DNA of 63,250 bases, filler included, from Choristocarpus tenellus KU-1152 (GCA_964200185.2; 12 parts of 12 records of this genome joined end to end with filler, not necessarily neighbours in it); one strand, 5' to 3'. Positions 40,071 to 54,847 are shown, numbered from the whole stretch's first letter. A program made the numbers and translations. Notes: a model not told the origin generated them from the letters alone.

Positions 40071-40919
40071 TTGACATACAGGAAGGCAGTAGTACAACAT
40101 AGATATGTATTAGTAAATAGGAAATAGACAACTTTTTTCACTTTTGTGACAACTGTTATTTCTTTAGGGATTTTTTAGACATGCGAATAGTTTTCATTGG
40201 AGTGTTTGCGCAAAATGAAATTCACTATCGGGAAGTTTTATATATGGACCCATGTTCAGTTGGTAGTGTTTTTCATCACCAAATATGATTAAATTTCTCT
40301 TTTCTAAAGCATTATGGCTTCGGTAAGCCCCTCGGGGCAACATTTAATGGTTTGATGACCTCATAGAGGAATTATCCAATCAAAGCGAACAATTCGCATT
40401 TGTATTGGCCAACCAAAATGCTACAAAACTCACAATGATTTGGGTACCATGGGAGATGCGCGTGTTATGTTTGCTTGCATGTCACACCCTTTTGCTGGAT
40501 CAGCCGAAAGCCCGATCGTTTGCAAGGAACTAGGACTACCTCGCCAGAACAGGACGTCCATGCACGATGAGGTATCAAGCCAAACTTCGCTGCCACACCA
40601 AGAGGTTGTCAACAGTGTACGGGCAACCCTCGCGGCGATGCTTCAACCTGCTTTAACCCAGAACTCCTCGCCCACTCTTTGTGCTGCCTTAAACAAACAA
40701 CCTGCTTCGGTTCCAGCGAAATACGGACCTTGTTCATTCCAAAAGCAATGCATTAAAACCCGCTCGACCAGTCACATCCGTTCCCTCACCCTGTGGTTCG
40801 ATCCCCACTTCCTTTAGNNNNNNNNNNNNNNNNNNNNNNNNNNNNNNNNNNNNNNNNNNNNTTAATTAATTAANNNNNNNNNNNNNNNNNNNNNNNNNNN
40901 NNNNNNNNNNNNNNNNNAG

Positions 40920-41180
40920 GAGTGAAAGTATCTTAGAGGGTATGATTTTTGCCCCGTTTGTCCATTTGGGGCTTGGCTTCCCATGGGGTTTTATATTACA
41001 CTTTCCTACTCCAAAATGTTTAGGAGTAGGTAAAATGTAAATGTTGTGAAAAGGTGTGTCTGAAACATAGATATCTTGACACTTCCTAACAAACACGATA
41101 GACAAAATTACATCAAAATCGTGACCTTGGACTTTGACCCCCAAACGGACACGGCTCTACCCTCTAAGATACTTTGACTC
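40920..41180 (-). mobile_element. MITE family A, full copy
   Basis: gagtgaaagtatcttagagggta...taccctctaagatactttgactc. Flanks (nn)ag / tcag. Confidence 0.9.
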
Positions 41181-44100
41181 TCAGACAACACACTATTACT
41201 TACTACTGCTAGTTTGAACACACACAACAACATACACATATTATGCATAACTTCTCTGCAACCACCAAGAAGTTGTCGATGGAGGAGATGCAACATCGGA
41301 ATGAGATATTCTTGACAGAGAAAAGATCCATGTGAATCTTTATCGTCAAAAATACCAACCCTACAACACAGGCTCCCCATCTCTCGTGAACTTCGCCAGG
41401 AATTCCAGGGACGACGCGCAATGTGTGGCTAGTACGTTAGTACCTCAATCCCTAACTATAATTGTGGTGATGCAATACACCTCTCAATTCATGTATATGT
41501 TGTACCTACATACCACTACTTCTATTCCTACTAACCACTGAATTTCTGTTGTGTGTTCTATAATTTGTAGCAATGTGGTGTGGGTCATTGGGCGTTGGTC
41601 ATACCTGGTCATGCTTTGTCAATAATATCACCAGTAGTTGTAAAGTAGTAGTAGTTGTAGTAGTACAAAAATGGACATGATGTTTTGCATGGTGTCTCAA
41701 GTTGTGGACTTCGTAGTATCCAACAATCCATGGCGCACATCAATCTGTTAGCTTCTCCTCTGCTATTGTTGGTGGTAGGTGGCGTTATCAGTGCCTACCA
41801 CTTCGTCCTATCATCCCCCCCTCTCTCTCTCTCTCTCTCGCCCAACATCGTTACGCTATTTCTCGGAGCGACAAAGCAAAGCACCTCCTGCACTGTCAGT
41901 CAAGTCACAATCATACAGTGACCCGATACAATCAAATCAACACTATGTTAACTTCATCAAATTTCGCCTGCAATGCCTCGATATAGACAAGAAGATACTG
42001 ATGACTGTCTTGCAACAGCTCTTCTGCATTAAAGCATCAGCGAAAATTCATCGAGTTAGCGCAGTGTTGATAGGATCGGATCGTACAACAACTTGTCTGC
42101 ATTGAAGCATTTCAAAGAAATTTCATTGACTTGGCGCAGTGTTGATCGGATTGGGTCACCATCTGGGTGTGACGTAGCTGACAGTGCACGAGGCGTTTTG
42201 CTTTCTCTTCTGCGAACTAGGTTGCATGATATCAGCCACCATAGACTTCATTTCAAAATTGGAGTGTGCTTCCCCTCGTTCGGGGCCACACTTGCACATC
42301 CGGGCTGACTGCTATCCGGCATTGCGTACAGTGCTGCTTTTCCGGGGCTTATCAAGAATGATCGAGGTGCGTCCACTGGTTATGCATGGGTACCTTGCTA
42401 CCGTACCCTACGTTCTCATCGAAAGACTGGAATCCGAGCGAGAGTATCCAGTCTTCTGGCATATCTATCCCCACCACAGTTGACTTTATTGTATCCTTAG
42501 AGGTGGACGCTTCACCTTCAACATTTTCATTAAGCTTGTTCATGATCCCCACGACCTCTCAGGTTTGGGCGTCCATACTCGGGAGTCTGGATGAGGCATG
42601 TTGGGTATGTGGTGGAGTTGATACTGAACACAAAGGGTCCTGGGACGGAGAGAGGAAATGTCGAATACCCAACATGCTTGATTACTCTCTCGCCCGTTTC
42701 ACTCTCTATCGGTTGGGGGCAACGAAGGGTCGGTNNNNNNNNNNCGTAAGAGCTTGCGTACATATATGGGAATTTCTGCAACAAGGCACTGAAATGTTGC
42801 AACTAATAATCGCAATCTGGTTTCGATCATCTCTCTCATCAATGCAGCACAAGTGACCGGTGGGATTGTCCATTTGCATGCTGTTCAATGTGGCTAGATG
42901 TGACACGGAAAATTCTGTCCCAAACTTCCACACCCAGATTGGTAATGAGCCTTCCCACATCCTGTTCACCGCACCAATTTCATGTAGGGACTGCACCAGA
43001 GCTTCCCGAATTCAATACCATGATGGATATCGCATAGGAGCGAATGGAGCCCTGTGTTCGTACTCCTCACAGCTTCAAACACAGAACATATCCCTGCTTG
43101 AGATACTCAACTTGAACTGTTCTCCAACTACAATATGAAAGAAGAACCACCATGGAAGGCCTCTCCATCGTTCCAACAGTATCGCGAATCACTTGCAAAT
43201 AGAACAGATATCGAAATATTTGCCTCCCCGCATGTCTTGAAAAACAAACAACAAATTTTCTTGACGGTTTCTTGAGCTAAACCTCACACACTCAGAGAAG
43301 AGGTTCATGCTTCAGAAACTCCTGATCCAGATCGCATATTTGAACATGGGGTTGTAGAATTTGGGGAAAACACAGAGATCTTGGAGGATGGAGGATGCGG
43401 TGAGATCACGTCAAAATGGTACGGAATTCGCAGACACCCAACCACGCATCACATAATTTCAAGTAACAACCAACAGGGGTAAGCGTCAGTAGCTGCAACA
43501 AACGAGTGTGGCGGGTAGAGCATCCAGAGAACATAGAAATATATCAATGGTATATTCGGCAATGGGATTTCATCGCATGACTTATACGTACTCCCCCCCG
43601 CCTTTTTGGGGGGACGCATAGATAAGGTTGGAGTTGGAAGCCGTGTTCGACCCAACCGACCTTCGTTCGTTGGGTATCCCAAAACTTGAGTGAGTTTGAA
43701 AACTCCCGGTCGAAGCGGACAGAAATGAGTGGGCGAGAGACGTCTATACCATCACATCTTTGCCCTATATTACTCTTCGACTTGAATGTAAGACATATAT
43801 ATGATTGGTTTTCGATAAAGGCATCATGTATTGTTGATGTATTGATGTGTTTGAATGAAACGAGACCGCCTAACCATTACTCACCACTTAGAAAGTATAT
43901 GTTGAATTGGATTGTTGTGTTGATAGTGCGAGAGATTTCAAAACGCAAAGGAGCTGGCAGATTTGATACACCGAACAAATAGCCCCAAGTTTCATAACAA
44001 CTGAACCCTTTAGGACCCTGGTGTTCAAGATTTCCCCATGTGGCCAAGTTATACTGGAACTGGTCCTGGTGGTGTGATGCTGTTATTGTGAGTTGATGAG

Positions 44101-45887
44101 CCAGGAAATATTCACATTTCCATGCCTTAATAGTCATGTTGGATGGAAGTGAGTTGTTAGCTGGCTGTCACTCTATGAATTTTATTGTATTTGACTGTGA
44201 TCCTCACATACTTTACTTGCCTGGCTAACGTTTCCAACCCCATCATAAACCTGTCTCATCCACCTTAAAGCAGCCAATTGTATCACCTACACATCGTCCC
44301 TCCACTGCAGAGAGGTAAACAACGTTTGTTTTCTCCATTCCATTCTCCCATCAATTCGTTTTCGACCAAAGGGAAAACAGATCATGCCAGCAGAACCACA
44401 TCATGCCATTCTCCACTGACAAAACGCCTCCAAACCTGGATACACAACAACAACAAACCAAGCACCATATTGGAGAAACCAGGAGGAACACTAAGGTACA
44501 AATTGGTTTATCTGTTTTATAAGTGAGATGTTAACACATACCTTGTTCTTATCCCTGCACCTCTCTTGTTGCTGGTCATTGTATCACTGAATTCAGGATT
44601 CCTCTCCTCTTTCCCTCTCTATTGTCCATGCCACTCCCTTCTTACAGGCCATGGCGAACACCTAGCACTTACATCTCTCAGGAAGAAACTCAACCCTGGA
44701 AATTTCTGTCTTCTTGCAAGTGCCACCCACCAAAACGGACCTTCATATATGGTGACTTTTCAAAACGAGGCAATTGTATACCCCAGCAAGAAAAGGTGAG
44801 ATAAACCCCCAGTGTGCAGTTTGAATATATTATGTAGACTTCACAACAGATGGTAGATAAATTATTGAACCCTGTTGAAGCATTTCTGATAAAGAAGTTG
44901 GAGTACTTCGTCTACCTGGACTATTTTTCCAGAGGGCATTTTATCAAGATCACTCGCTCTTTGTTGACAATATTAGAATGCTCTTGCTATTGAAGCACAA
45001 CAATTTGTCAAAGTAAAGGGAGAATCATTTCATATACAGTATCTATTTTATCGTTCACAGTACACACCATGCTCGATTTGTTTTGAATAGCGTTGAGGAG
45101 TGAGTGCATCACATATATTTTCAAAGCACATGATAATGATGTGAGGACGGTTCATCCAGGTTGCTTATTGAACACGTACATCAATCTGTGACATACCCAT
45201 GATATACTAGAGGAAACATGCTCATATTTTCTGTTTCTTTTGACAATTTTTATCTGTATCTGAGCTCCTTCACTACATTTGTGGAAGGGCACTACTACTC
45301 CTGTTTTTGTTGATGTTGGAACCCTGAGTTTCTCGAACGACCCCGCTGTTTCCCGGGCATCAAATCCATGTATTTGTTTTACATTCTGATTTTTTTTTTT
45401 TTTCGAAACTAGAGGGCAATCTCCTTCTATTCAATAAAGAACTTGATAAAGGTACACCTTATGTATAGTATATATATTATGTAGTAAGTTATATCTATAT
45501 AATATAAGTGGAAGTCATGGATGATAAAGTGTACACAGCAAAGCATAAATATAAGACTTACTAACAGATAACAGGGTACTTTTGAGATTCATGGAGGAAA
45601 CTATCCTATCATTCTGGTACAACACAGAAAATAAAATTCCAACCAAAAAGGAATATTTGGGTCATGTCGATCCTCATAAGGGATTTTAAGGAGGCTGTGT
45701 GCTAGGCCCACTTGGTACTTGCATCGGATGCAACGTATGAAGAAGTGACATGATGTAGGACAAACAATGGAGAACCTCATTCCTTCAGTAGTCAACGCTC
45801 AATGCTAAAACGATAGTTAACTCTAAAGAAATGTTACCTGTGGGTTTCGTACTTACTTCACTATTATCAAAATACATAAATCCATGT

Positions 45888-46010
45888 GAGTGAAAGTATC
45901 TTAGAGGGTACGAGTTTTTGCCTGTTTGTCCATTTGGGGCTTGGCTTCCCAGGGGTTTTAAGTAACATTTTACCTACTCCAAAATGATTCAGAGTAGGTA
46001 ACATGTGTAT
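45888..46010 (-). mobile_element. MITE family A truncated by contig end (further fragment at 46904-46968)
   Basis: gagtgaaagtatcttagagggtacgag... plus the internal hairpin. Confidence 0.85.
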
Positions 46011-48548
46011 NNNNNNNNNNNNNNNNNNNNNNNNNNNNNNNNNNNNNNNNNNNNTTAATTAATTAANNNNNNNNNNNNNNNNNNNNNNNNNNNNNNNNNN
46101 NNNNNNNNNNCCCCCCCCCCTCCCAGATACTTTGGGTCTCATTGCCAGGGTAGTTTCAATGTGCGTTCCATGGCGGTACAGTGGTGTTATCTGGTGCAGT
46201 GAGGGTGGTTGGCAGTACAGGACAAGGTTTGGACAAATGTGGTGTACTATATGTCGATCAGGTGTTGAGGCTCATTGAGGAGGTCCTTTCCTAGGGGCAG
46301 GCACATGTGCTGCTGATCCTGCACTACAAGTTTGTTATATATAACCACATGGGGGGCTAACTGAGGTGGTGGCAGCTGTCCACCAAGCAGCAGGAGTGGG
46401 ATACAACAAGGTTTTTCGCATTGTGAAAATTTAGAAGGAGAAAGGGGAGATCTTTTCCACCTCTGGGGCTGGGAATGCGATTGCTCAAGTGGAGTCCAAT
46501 AGGAGATGCGAGGTCCATAGTTACAGCTCGACGAGACAGAATTCGTCTTTTTACAGCACTTGTTAGGAAATGTAGTCTACCATCAAGAATTGGCGACCTG
46601 CGTAAGGACAAAGTTTGGGGTGGAACTCTCATTAAGGGGTCTGGGTACCATCCTAAAGGACTGGGATATGATTTGGACACCACTTTATGTGCCCAAGGTC
46701 CAACTCATAGAGTTGTTTTAGCAGTGCATCAGCTTTTTGGTATTCAAGGGGAGACTGATTGCCCGAGTGAGAGATGAGGTAAGGCTGGGGTGGTACAATG
46801 CCCCTGACCGGGATAGGATTGAGGGTGGATAGAAACCAGCAAATGGTGGCAAGTTGGTTGCCTATATCCAGAGGGAGATACAAAATACATGAGCTGAAAG
46901 ATGGAGTCAAAGCGTTTAAGAGGGTAGGAGTTTTACCTGTTTGTCCGATTGGGGCTTGAATTCCAGATGAAGCACCTCAAAACAACTTCAAGAGATGAGA
47001 TTTTATCCCTAAGTTTCCAACCATAATCTTTTTTGTGGTCTAACTCGAACAGCTCCACAACGTATTTCAGGAATCTTCAGTACTAATTCCCCTCTAACCG
47101 ATTTTTTTCTCTAGTTTGATTTGTGGCAAGTTCCAACACTTAAATATGACCAAGTTAACGACCTAATTGTCTCGTACATGGTGGGGTGGGTCTTATCAAA
47201 ATATATATTTTCAAGTTTTCATACTAGTGAACATATATGTTGGACCGAGCTCCAAAAACCTCGTATATTCCCGGAATAAATAGACAAATCAACAAAACAA
47301 TAATGTTTGTCACAATCTAAGCGATAAAAAATCGAAAAACCAAACCAACGAGGTTCCTATATTTCCCAAATTTGAAATCGGCCGTTCTTGATCTCTCCAA
47401 GTATCTCAATACACAATAAAATACTTACACATTTTCCTTGCACAAGCGAATTAGATTGGCCAATTGAAGACGTCCCATTTTAGGCATCCATATCACACAA
47501 GTTTCTATATCACACAAGTTTCTGGATCGGACTTGATTTTAGAGTTCTGCACAACCCCCGTGAGCTCAACGGACGACACATCGGGTGAGGTGGTGATGAC
47601 ACATGACTGAGAGCTAGTGTTTGCACCAAGATACCTTTTTCACTGGAAGAAGTGCAAACATCAAGTTGCATCAATATTTCTTGTCATCAAAATATGTGTT
47701 CCCTACAGTAGACAACGTGACTGAGACTCGATCTCATGTGGCTCGATGGTTGCAATGTATTGACTTGCTTTCAAAGACTTCACTCCAGGTTGGGGGTAGG
47801 TTCGGCTGGAGTGGTAACAGGGTACAACACGAGTGAACCTTATGGTTGGTATTGTTTACAAACACGAGACCCAAGATATCGAGCGTTCATGGGGTACAGT
47901 CTTCTGGTTGTAGGATATCAGGGTCACAACACAAATGTCTGACTCCTTCTGCATATGGCGTCAGAAGAGGAGTGGTTTTGTTTAGTCATTCAATATATTT
48001 GAGATTCGCGTCAGTCATGGACGTGTACCCTTGGCGTCGTGGAATCTGCTGCTGGGAGCTTGGGTTTTTGAGGCGTTGGAAGCTTTGTCGACCGTCCGAG
48101 GAGACACGCTTGACCACTTCAATAATATGTAGCATGCCAGAACCCCCGCCTTCCCTTCCTAAACAACCCCGCCATCGACTCGATATCCCTACGTCTTGCT
48201 CCTACCGTGACATCCATTTGCAGATTCGTCCTTTCAGCCTGCATCTGCTCAACCAGGTCTTAGGAACGGAGTAAGCACAAACCCAGGAGAGGGTGTGCAA
48301 GTGAGCCGAGAGAAACAGTGAGGCCCGGAAGAAAAAGGCACAAGTGGTCCACGCACACAACAGGGGGGCGTTTTCAACCTTGACTTGTGTATAAACATAC
48401 AGGAGTGACTGACTGACCACGCGCCAGGGCTGGGTAGACGGTGGGGGAATGCTGGGTCGAGTTCGTGTGCTTCGGTATTAACTGTAGGGAGAGGTAGAGA
48501 AAAGAAAGGGCGGCTGGCGGGGTGTATTTTGACCTTATGGATTATTCT

Positions 48549-48640
48549 ATGGATCGAAGAGGCAGTGGAGGGCAGTCGCTGAGTCTGAAAGTGCTTGTCC
48601 TAGGGGATCCGGCCACCGGCAAGACCAGTATCATCAAGAG
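48549..48640 (+). CDS. First exon of a Rab-family GTPase (Rab32/38/29-like)
   Basis: MDRRGSGGQSLSLKVLVLGDPATGKTSIIKR followed by the donor gtaagg. The G1 motif GKTSIIKR is typical of Rab32/38. Too short for the ORF track; later exons not located. Confidence 0.8.
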
Positions 48641-49841
48641 GTAAGGTTAGGGCTAGGATTGGGTCTAGGGCTTCACATTTTTTTTCTTGTAAGGTCAAAG
48701 ATAGTTTGAGGTCATCTGAGTGGCATTACAGAATACTTTAAATATATGTACGATAGCTATGCATATATAGTCCTAGAGAGTTGAAAGGGTAAAAATAATG
48801 CTGTGGGGTATTGGAGATCAACACCATGGTGACGAGTGATATTATGTGAGTATTGACCTGTTGTGGGGACAGGTATGAACACCATGTTAGAAATAGTTGA
48901 ACAGCTTGAATTGTGATCAATTGTGCAAGGGATGGAAAAGCAAACATATGCTATTATTAGTAACCACTGCAGACACATCTTCATTATTGGCATAGGTGCA
49001 TGTACATAGTACTACACATCACATGAAAATCATTAAGATTGGTTTTACTATCTCACCGCAGGCGGTAACCAGCTAAAAGTCATTTGCTTATGTGCAGGGA
49101 CTGTTGTGGTTGTTGTGGTACATTGGATCAATCTAAGACATTTGTGTGGGTTCAAGATGTAGATATTTTAGTTTATTGTTACTAACAATGTATGCCTTCA
49201 GATTGAGATTATGTTTTTTTTTACTCTACTGTTCTTAGCCATGTAACACCATGGTGCACAAGTACTATATATCTATTTTGTGACACACACTTATCGGATT
49301 GTTCATCATGCTCAAAATCAGTAACACAGAGAGTGAGACTGTCAGGCCATGGCAAAGAGAATTAAATGAATATCTCTTGAGGAAGGGCAAATGAAACGTC
49401 CTCCTTGAACTGAGTAGAAATACTGCCTTGAACCTTGGGGTATCCCTCGTGGATACCTACCTACCTGTGACCCTATTCCACCAATGTTTTGGAGAAGAGA
49501 CTTTAGAGATACAGGGCCTTGAAATTCTGGACCCAAGATGTATCAAGTGCAGTCAGCAGGACCAATGCTACACCGATGGAGTCAGTTCCTGTGTAGCTCC
49601 TACCTCTACAGCCTGTGTTGAGCAAAAGACGTAATAATTTGTTTATCATAAACATCACATTGGTCAAAAGATTAGATCAAGGAAGTCAATACACACTGGT
49701 CGATAGAAGGCAATGAAGGACCATAGAAGAAAAAAAAAAGTGGTGGACAGAAAGAGAAATGAAGAATAGATCCCGGAGGGGCGAAATTGCCATCACCCAC
49801 AAGAAAGGATAGGGAAGAGAAAATGACTTACACATATATGC

Positions 49842-49875
<34 letters not shown>

Positions 49876-49929
49876 TTTGTTTTAAAGTCAATTTGTCTGT
49901 TTTGCCTTACTGCAAGAATCTTTTCAAGA

Positions 49930-50790
49930 TTCCATGGTGCAGTCAATCGAGGATTGTTTCTAGAACTTTGCGAAGATATAATAGTAGGCATGCCAGCTTC
50001 GACTTCCTTGCGTGTTTTCCTATAAGCGGAGCAGGCGGGAACGCAGTCAACTTTGACCCAACACCCAACCTACCTCAATATGGTGCTGCCAAAGAGTCGA
50101 AGGAGGGGGGGAGAGGGTCTCTTGGAGAGGATTCCAAACCAGTTGAAAAGAGGACGATGGGGATTGTTTGTCAGGGAAGTGAGACGTAGTTATCGGAGCC
50201 GGTGGTTTGGTGCAGCTCTACGAGAGACTGACCACGCACACGCCCATCTGTTTTATGAGTAGTTCTTGCACAATAAGGACTACCGGAGGCGTTTCCTTGC
50301 ACTGATAATGTGTACAGAGCCGTCCATCCCCCAAGCTGTGTACGGAGGCGTTTCGTTGACTGCCGAGTCTCGAATTTGTTGTCAAAATTTGGTTGGACCG
50401 GTGGCAGTAGGGTCATTGCTTAACACCCGTGCTGTACACGGTGATTGACGGAACCAGGTCTCCTCCTTGGGACCCCTCCATGGATGCGGGGGGGCAGGGC
50501 TCATCGTTGCCCCACTCGGCGGCGAAAGAATGAACTGCCGCATGAGTCGTTGCATGGATTCCCCGGATCCATCAATGGGCGTGCTCCTTCTCTGCCTGAC
50601 CTCGCTCGCTGTGGTAAGGCCAGGCAGGGCTGGGAAGAAGTTGAGCGACCCTTGGTCGGCCACCGTGGCGATCACGAAGGGTTCCACAGTGTGACGTAGC
50701 TGCGTTCTGAAACCGCAATTGAACCGAGCACGGAGGGGATGATCCGCTGGAAGCTGTTTGTGATATTTTCGGGGGGGGGGGGGGGGCCAA
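49930..50790 (-). mobile_element. Degenerate RNase H-bearing LINE fragment
   Basis: LPADHPLR, WGMDGSV (cf. WTDGS), PIVLFST and HIEVGWVLGQ (cf. LQWVPGH) occur in the expected order across frameshifts. Confidence 0.4.
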
Positions 50791-51283
50791 TTGCCTTTTT
50801 TTTTTTTTTTTCTTTTCTTTATAAACCAGCAGAAGCCTAAAAAGAAAAAAAAGGTCTGTAACACTCTGTAGTGCTCTGTAGCACTCTATAGCGTTTTAAA
50901 ATCGCTCCATGGAAATTTGTAGCGTTCAAACAGTTACCCCGTGGCGGCCCTAGATTTCGGCGTGTCTCCTCTCTTGATCGTTTACATTTTTTTTTTTTTG
51001 TGTGTGTGTGTTTTCCTTGGTCTGGTCAACGCAGGGGAAGGGTGTGTACACTGCACCAAAGTTTCCAAAATGAGTCGAAAGCTCAATAAATCTCGAAAAT
51101 GCCGTGTCTTCTGCGTTTGAGAAAGAGGCCTCAGACGGCACAAAGATGACGCTGCTGGAAGACACCGTAAAATTCCGGACCGCAAAAAGACGAAAGTATA
51201 TATATATTATATATATATTACATATATATATATATGATGTTTTTTTTTATTGTCATTATATCAGACTCGGTTCGATATTTTTG

Positions 51284-51360
51284 GTTTGATTTTTTGGTTT
51301 GATTTGATTCGATTTGATTTGATTTGATTTGATTTGATTTGATTTGATTTGATTTGATTG
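51284..51360. repeat. (GATTT)n microsatellite
   Basis: Directly visible pentamer run. Confidence 0.95.
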
Positions 51361-51519
51361 GTTCGACGCTGGACAGCACGAAAGTGCTTGGCTAGTTACA
51401 ATGAATGCAAGTCTTGTCAATCTTAGACCGCAGCTCTCTTTCCTTCCTCGCCGTGCTTCTTCGCCGGCCTCCTACCTCAGACATGCTGTCAGAACGTCAG
51501 CTGTGACTGAAAGGTCCCC

Positions 51520-51567
<48 letters not shown>

Positions 51568-51918
51568 ACCCCCCCGCAAGGCGCGGCGGGCAGCCAGAGG
51601 GCGAAGGGGCGTGCCCGGNNNNNNNNNNNNNNNNNNNNNNNNNNNNNNNNNNNNNNNNNNNNTTAATTAATTAANNNNNNNNNNNNNNNNNNNNNNNNNN
51701 NNNNNNNNNNNNNNNNNNCCCCAGATACTTTGACCCATCACCATTGGTCCATCCTAGGAACAAGAATCTCCCCAGACTACCATTTATATGTCCTTCCTCA
51801 AGAAACTAGGCTCTCAATTCTTCATTAGACCGTGAGAACAAGGCTAGTAGGGTTAGGGTTATGTGCCCCACACTGTTCCCCTTCGTTATCATTCTCAACA
51901 GTACTACCAAATCATACC

Positions 51919-54472
51919 TATGGGGATCGCATGGCCAAGGTTTGACGCACAGTACTTCCCTCTCATCTGTCTCAATTGTACAAGTGGTGCCACCTGTGCG
52001 GAAGTCCCAGATCCTCACAGTATAATCTGCTCCACCTGTGATTGCAAGCTTTGTCAAGGGGATGAGAAACAACAACATGATGATGATGACTATTGGGATA
52101 GGACAGGCAGGGTACATACACACATATGGTACATATACAAATACAGGTCAAATCAATGCAGAAATATTTTTGAGGCATTGCCCTCAGCTTTACTCCCCAA
52201 CATGGTAGTAGCACTGTCTGCTACGTTGGAATACACTCCAATAGAACTTTATCTTTGCATACACAATTCAGGTTATGTACAACAACTGAAGAAGTGCAAT
52301 GGCAGAGGAGAAGGGAAATAAATGTCTAAATAGCTTCTAAGAGTTCAGCTTCCTCTTAACTCCAAATCCCTTACAAGTGATTCAGAAAAAACACAGATCT
52401 CCAGTAAATTCTTGGTGATCTTCTTTTCCCATAGTGGGAGTACAATCATCAGAAGTAGCTTTGCAATGCAAGTAGCAGAGGGTCCCAACAATAGTAGTAA
52501 TGTAGTAATGGAAAGTGTAATTACAATCATTTCAAAGATAATGTTATTACCTTATCATTGCCAAGACGCTGAGGCAGCATAGTCAAAACGTACTTCAGTC
52601 AGTTCCAATTCAAGACAACACCGTAAGAGATGAGAGAGTTAGGGTTAGGGGTAGAGAGATAGCTTACCTTGTCTTATCCAACAGAAGAGTCCTTCTGTCT
52701 TAGGTTTCTACCACCTTTTAAAGCCTGTGTGACAAATGACCCTTGTCTGCCTTGTCCAGTCTTGCCTTCCTCTACCCTCCTCTGCCCCACCCACCATATC
52801 AAACCTACTGCAAAAGGTCAAAAACTATAAAGTAATAGTCCAACACACCTGTCCATCAGGCATCACAGAAGATGAGTATACAGAGGCAGTATGTCCCCTG
52901 AAAAGGAGAAGTGGCTGCTGAGGTCTGGCTTCTACATCCCACACACTGCTAGGTCCATTGCAAGGAAAGGATTGGTGGTATACCACAACAAATTCTCAGG
53001 AAGATGTTGAAAAGACAGATGTTGAACAGGAAGGGATTGCCTGAGAGATGATTCCATATGGAATATGCACTATACATTACTGAGTAATGATAGCGTTACA
53101 TCTGTCAAAGAGGAAGAGGACCTCGCCTCATTTTCTTCTACTAGAAATGGAAATATTGCAGAAAATGTTTGAATGGGACACATCTCACAAGAGGTACTTG
53201 GTCCATACAGTCTAGGTACTAGCACTCCAAAGAACTTTAAGGTAGTACTGTAGTAGGTGTGTCACCTGGACTTTACATGGAAGCCAGTTCTCCAGAGTAT
53301 CATAAATGGAGACCATGCTTTGCATTTGCACTTCAACGCTTCATTTTTATTTTAAGCAAGCCTGCCCAAAAGCTCTGACAATATATAACAATATCTACCA
53401 CCACATGTATATACATATGCACCTTCTCCTCCCTCACCGGCATGCAAAATCTCCTGCTCCGACTGAGACAAGTACACTCCCCTGCCCCATGGCAGGTGTG
53501 AAACACACATCACGAACTGTTCCTCCCTGACCCTGAAGTAATGCAATAGTGGTGGCACTGCTCCTATCCTCAATGCCCAAGGGTGACTTCAGGCTTCCTC
53601 CGTTGCTGCTGGTATTGTCCGACCAGTCTTGTACAGGGATCTGTGTCACCTTAACAACCTTGTCATTAGAGCCTGTGTTCAGGTTAGTGGGGGGGGGAAG
53701 GAAGTAGACACTAAAAAAAGTATAATTTTTTTTCTAAGGTAATAAGGAGACACTCAACAATCAGAAAACATGGTCCGGAAGGATATCTTAGCCAACACAC
53801 AGTTATGGTCATTTGTTGCATTAGTACATTCTCAAAATCACAAGAACTAGTACTTCAAGAGCTTTGGATAGGTTCATGTCACCTCATACTGTAGCCATTC
53901 AGTGAGATCCTACACAGAGTTCTACCCAATAAAAAACTCATAAACCAGAGGAAATGGTCAAGTGTATCACAGAGGTAGGTAGCCCAATAATAATTGGAAA
54001 TAATCCAAATAATAGTAGTATTCCATAACAAAGAATAACAAGTTTAGGTTGTCCACCTCTTTGAAGGCTAGAAAGAGGGAAGAGGCTTTGGCTCCAGATT
54101 TGGATTTAAACTTAGTTTCTATGCTTAGAATGTGTGCGCATCTTTGAATAGATGTAGACAAGATAGATATAAGGCCTCAGCCCAACTAGGCACAGAGAAA
54201 ACAATCAATCACTACACACATTCCCATTTAACTAGAACCACTTCAGTTGTTAATAGATCGCATCAAACCTCCTTAATCTGCCCCAACTCTTATAAGGAAG
54301 GGATTTGCTGGGTAAGAATGGTACAATGGTGGTTAGTACATGCTAGTACTGGTTAGTATTGGTTAGTACTGGTTGACCACTACCTTACCAGTCGCAATGA
54401 GTCTGGAGTCTGGACTGAAAGCCAGGCAATAGATAGAGCCATGGTGTAGGTTGTTCCTCTGCAGTAGTACCT
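51919..54472 (-). CDS. WDR47: WD40-repeat protein WDR47 homolog, internal exons
   Basis: Four in-phase exons (~54472-54389, 53672-53438, 52946-52848, 52049-51919) give [32 protein letters not shown]...GTVRDVCF...LVSVGAGD...FRGHT...TGGADYTVRIWDFR, matching the recalled WDR47 HHKGSIYC..ATGSNDK..SAGAGD signature. Confidence 0.8.
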
Positions 54473-54847
54473 CTGAATCCAACACGCCACCATCCCTTTG
54501 GTTGTTGGAGACTGTGGTGGCAACAGTAGTAAACGTAGGTCGGTAAGTGGAGTGGACACAGATGGGAAAAGAGTGGTTGAAACCAGGAAAATAACATTAG
54601 ATGGAGATGATATCATAAGATCTCTATCAATAAACAGTATCTCCAGATGAGCTAATTAATCAAGGCATAGGTGAAGTAAAGAGTACTGTGGACTTGTTAT
54701 GTACTACTAAAAATNNNNNNNNNNNNNNNNNNNNNNNNNNNNNNNNNNNNNNNNNNNNTTAATTAATTAANNNNNNNNNNNNNNNNNNNNNNNNNNNNNN
54801 NNNNNNNNNNNNNNCCGGTATTTTCAACAAATTCAAGTATGTGGTTA

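Noticed and set aside
48000-48245. Possible two-exon gene start divergent from the Rab exon (MQAERTNLQMDVT...)
   Set aside because: No recognisable motif and no convincing continuing exon.
51401-51618. Poly-proline ORF
   Set aside because: Produced by a C homopolymer at a contig end, probably low-quality sequence.
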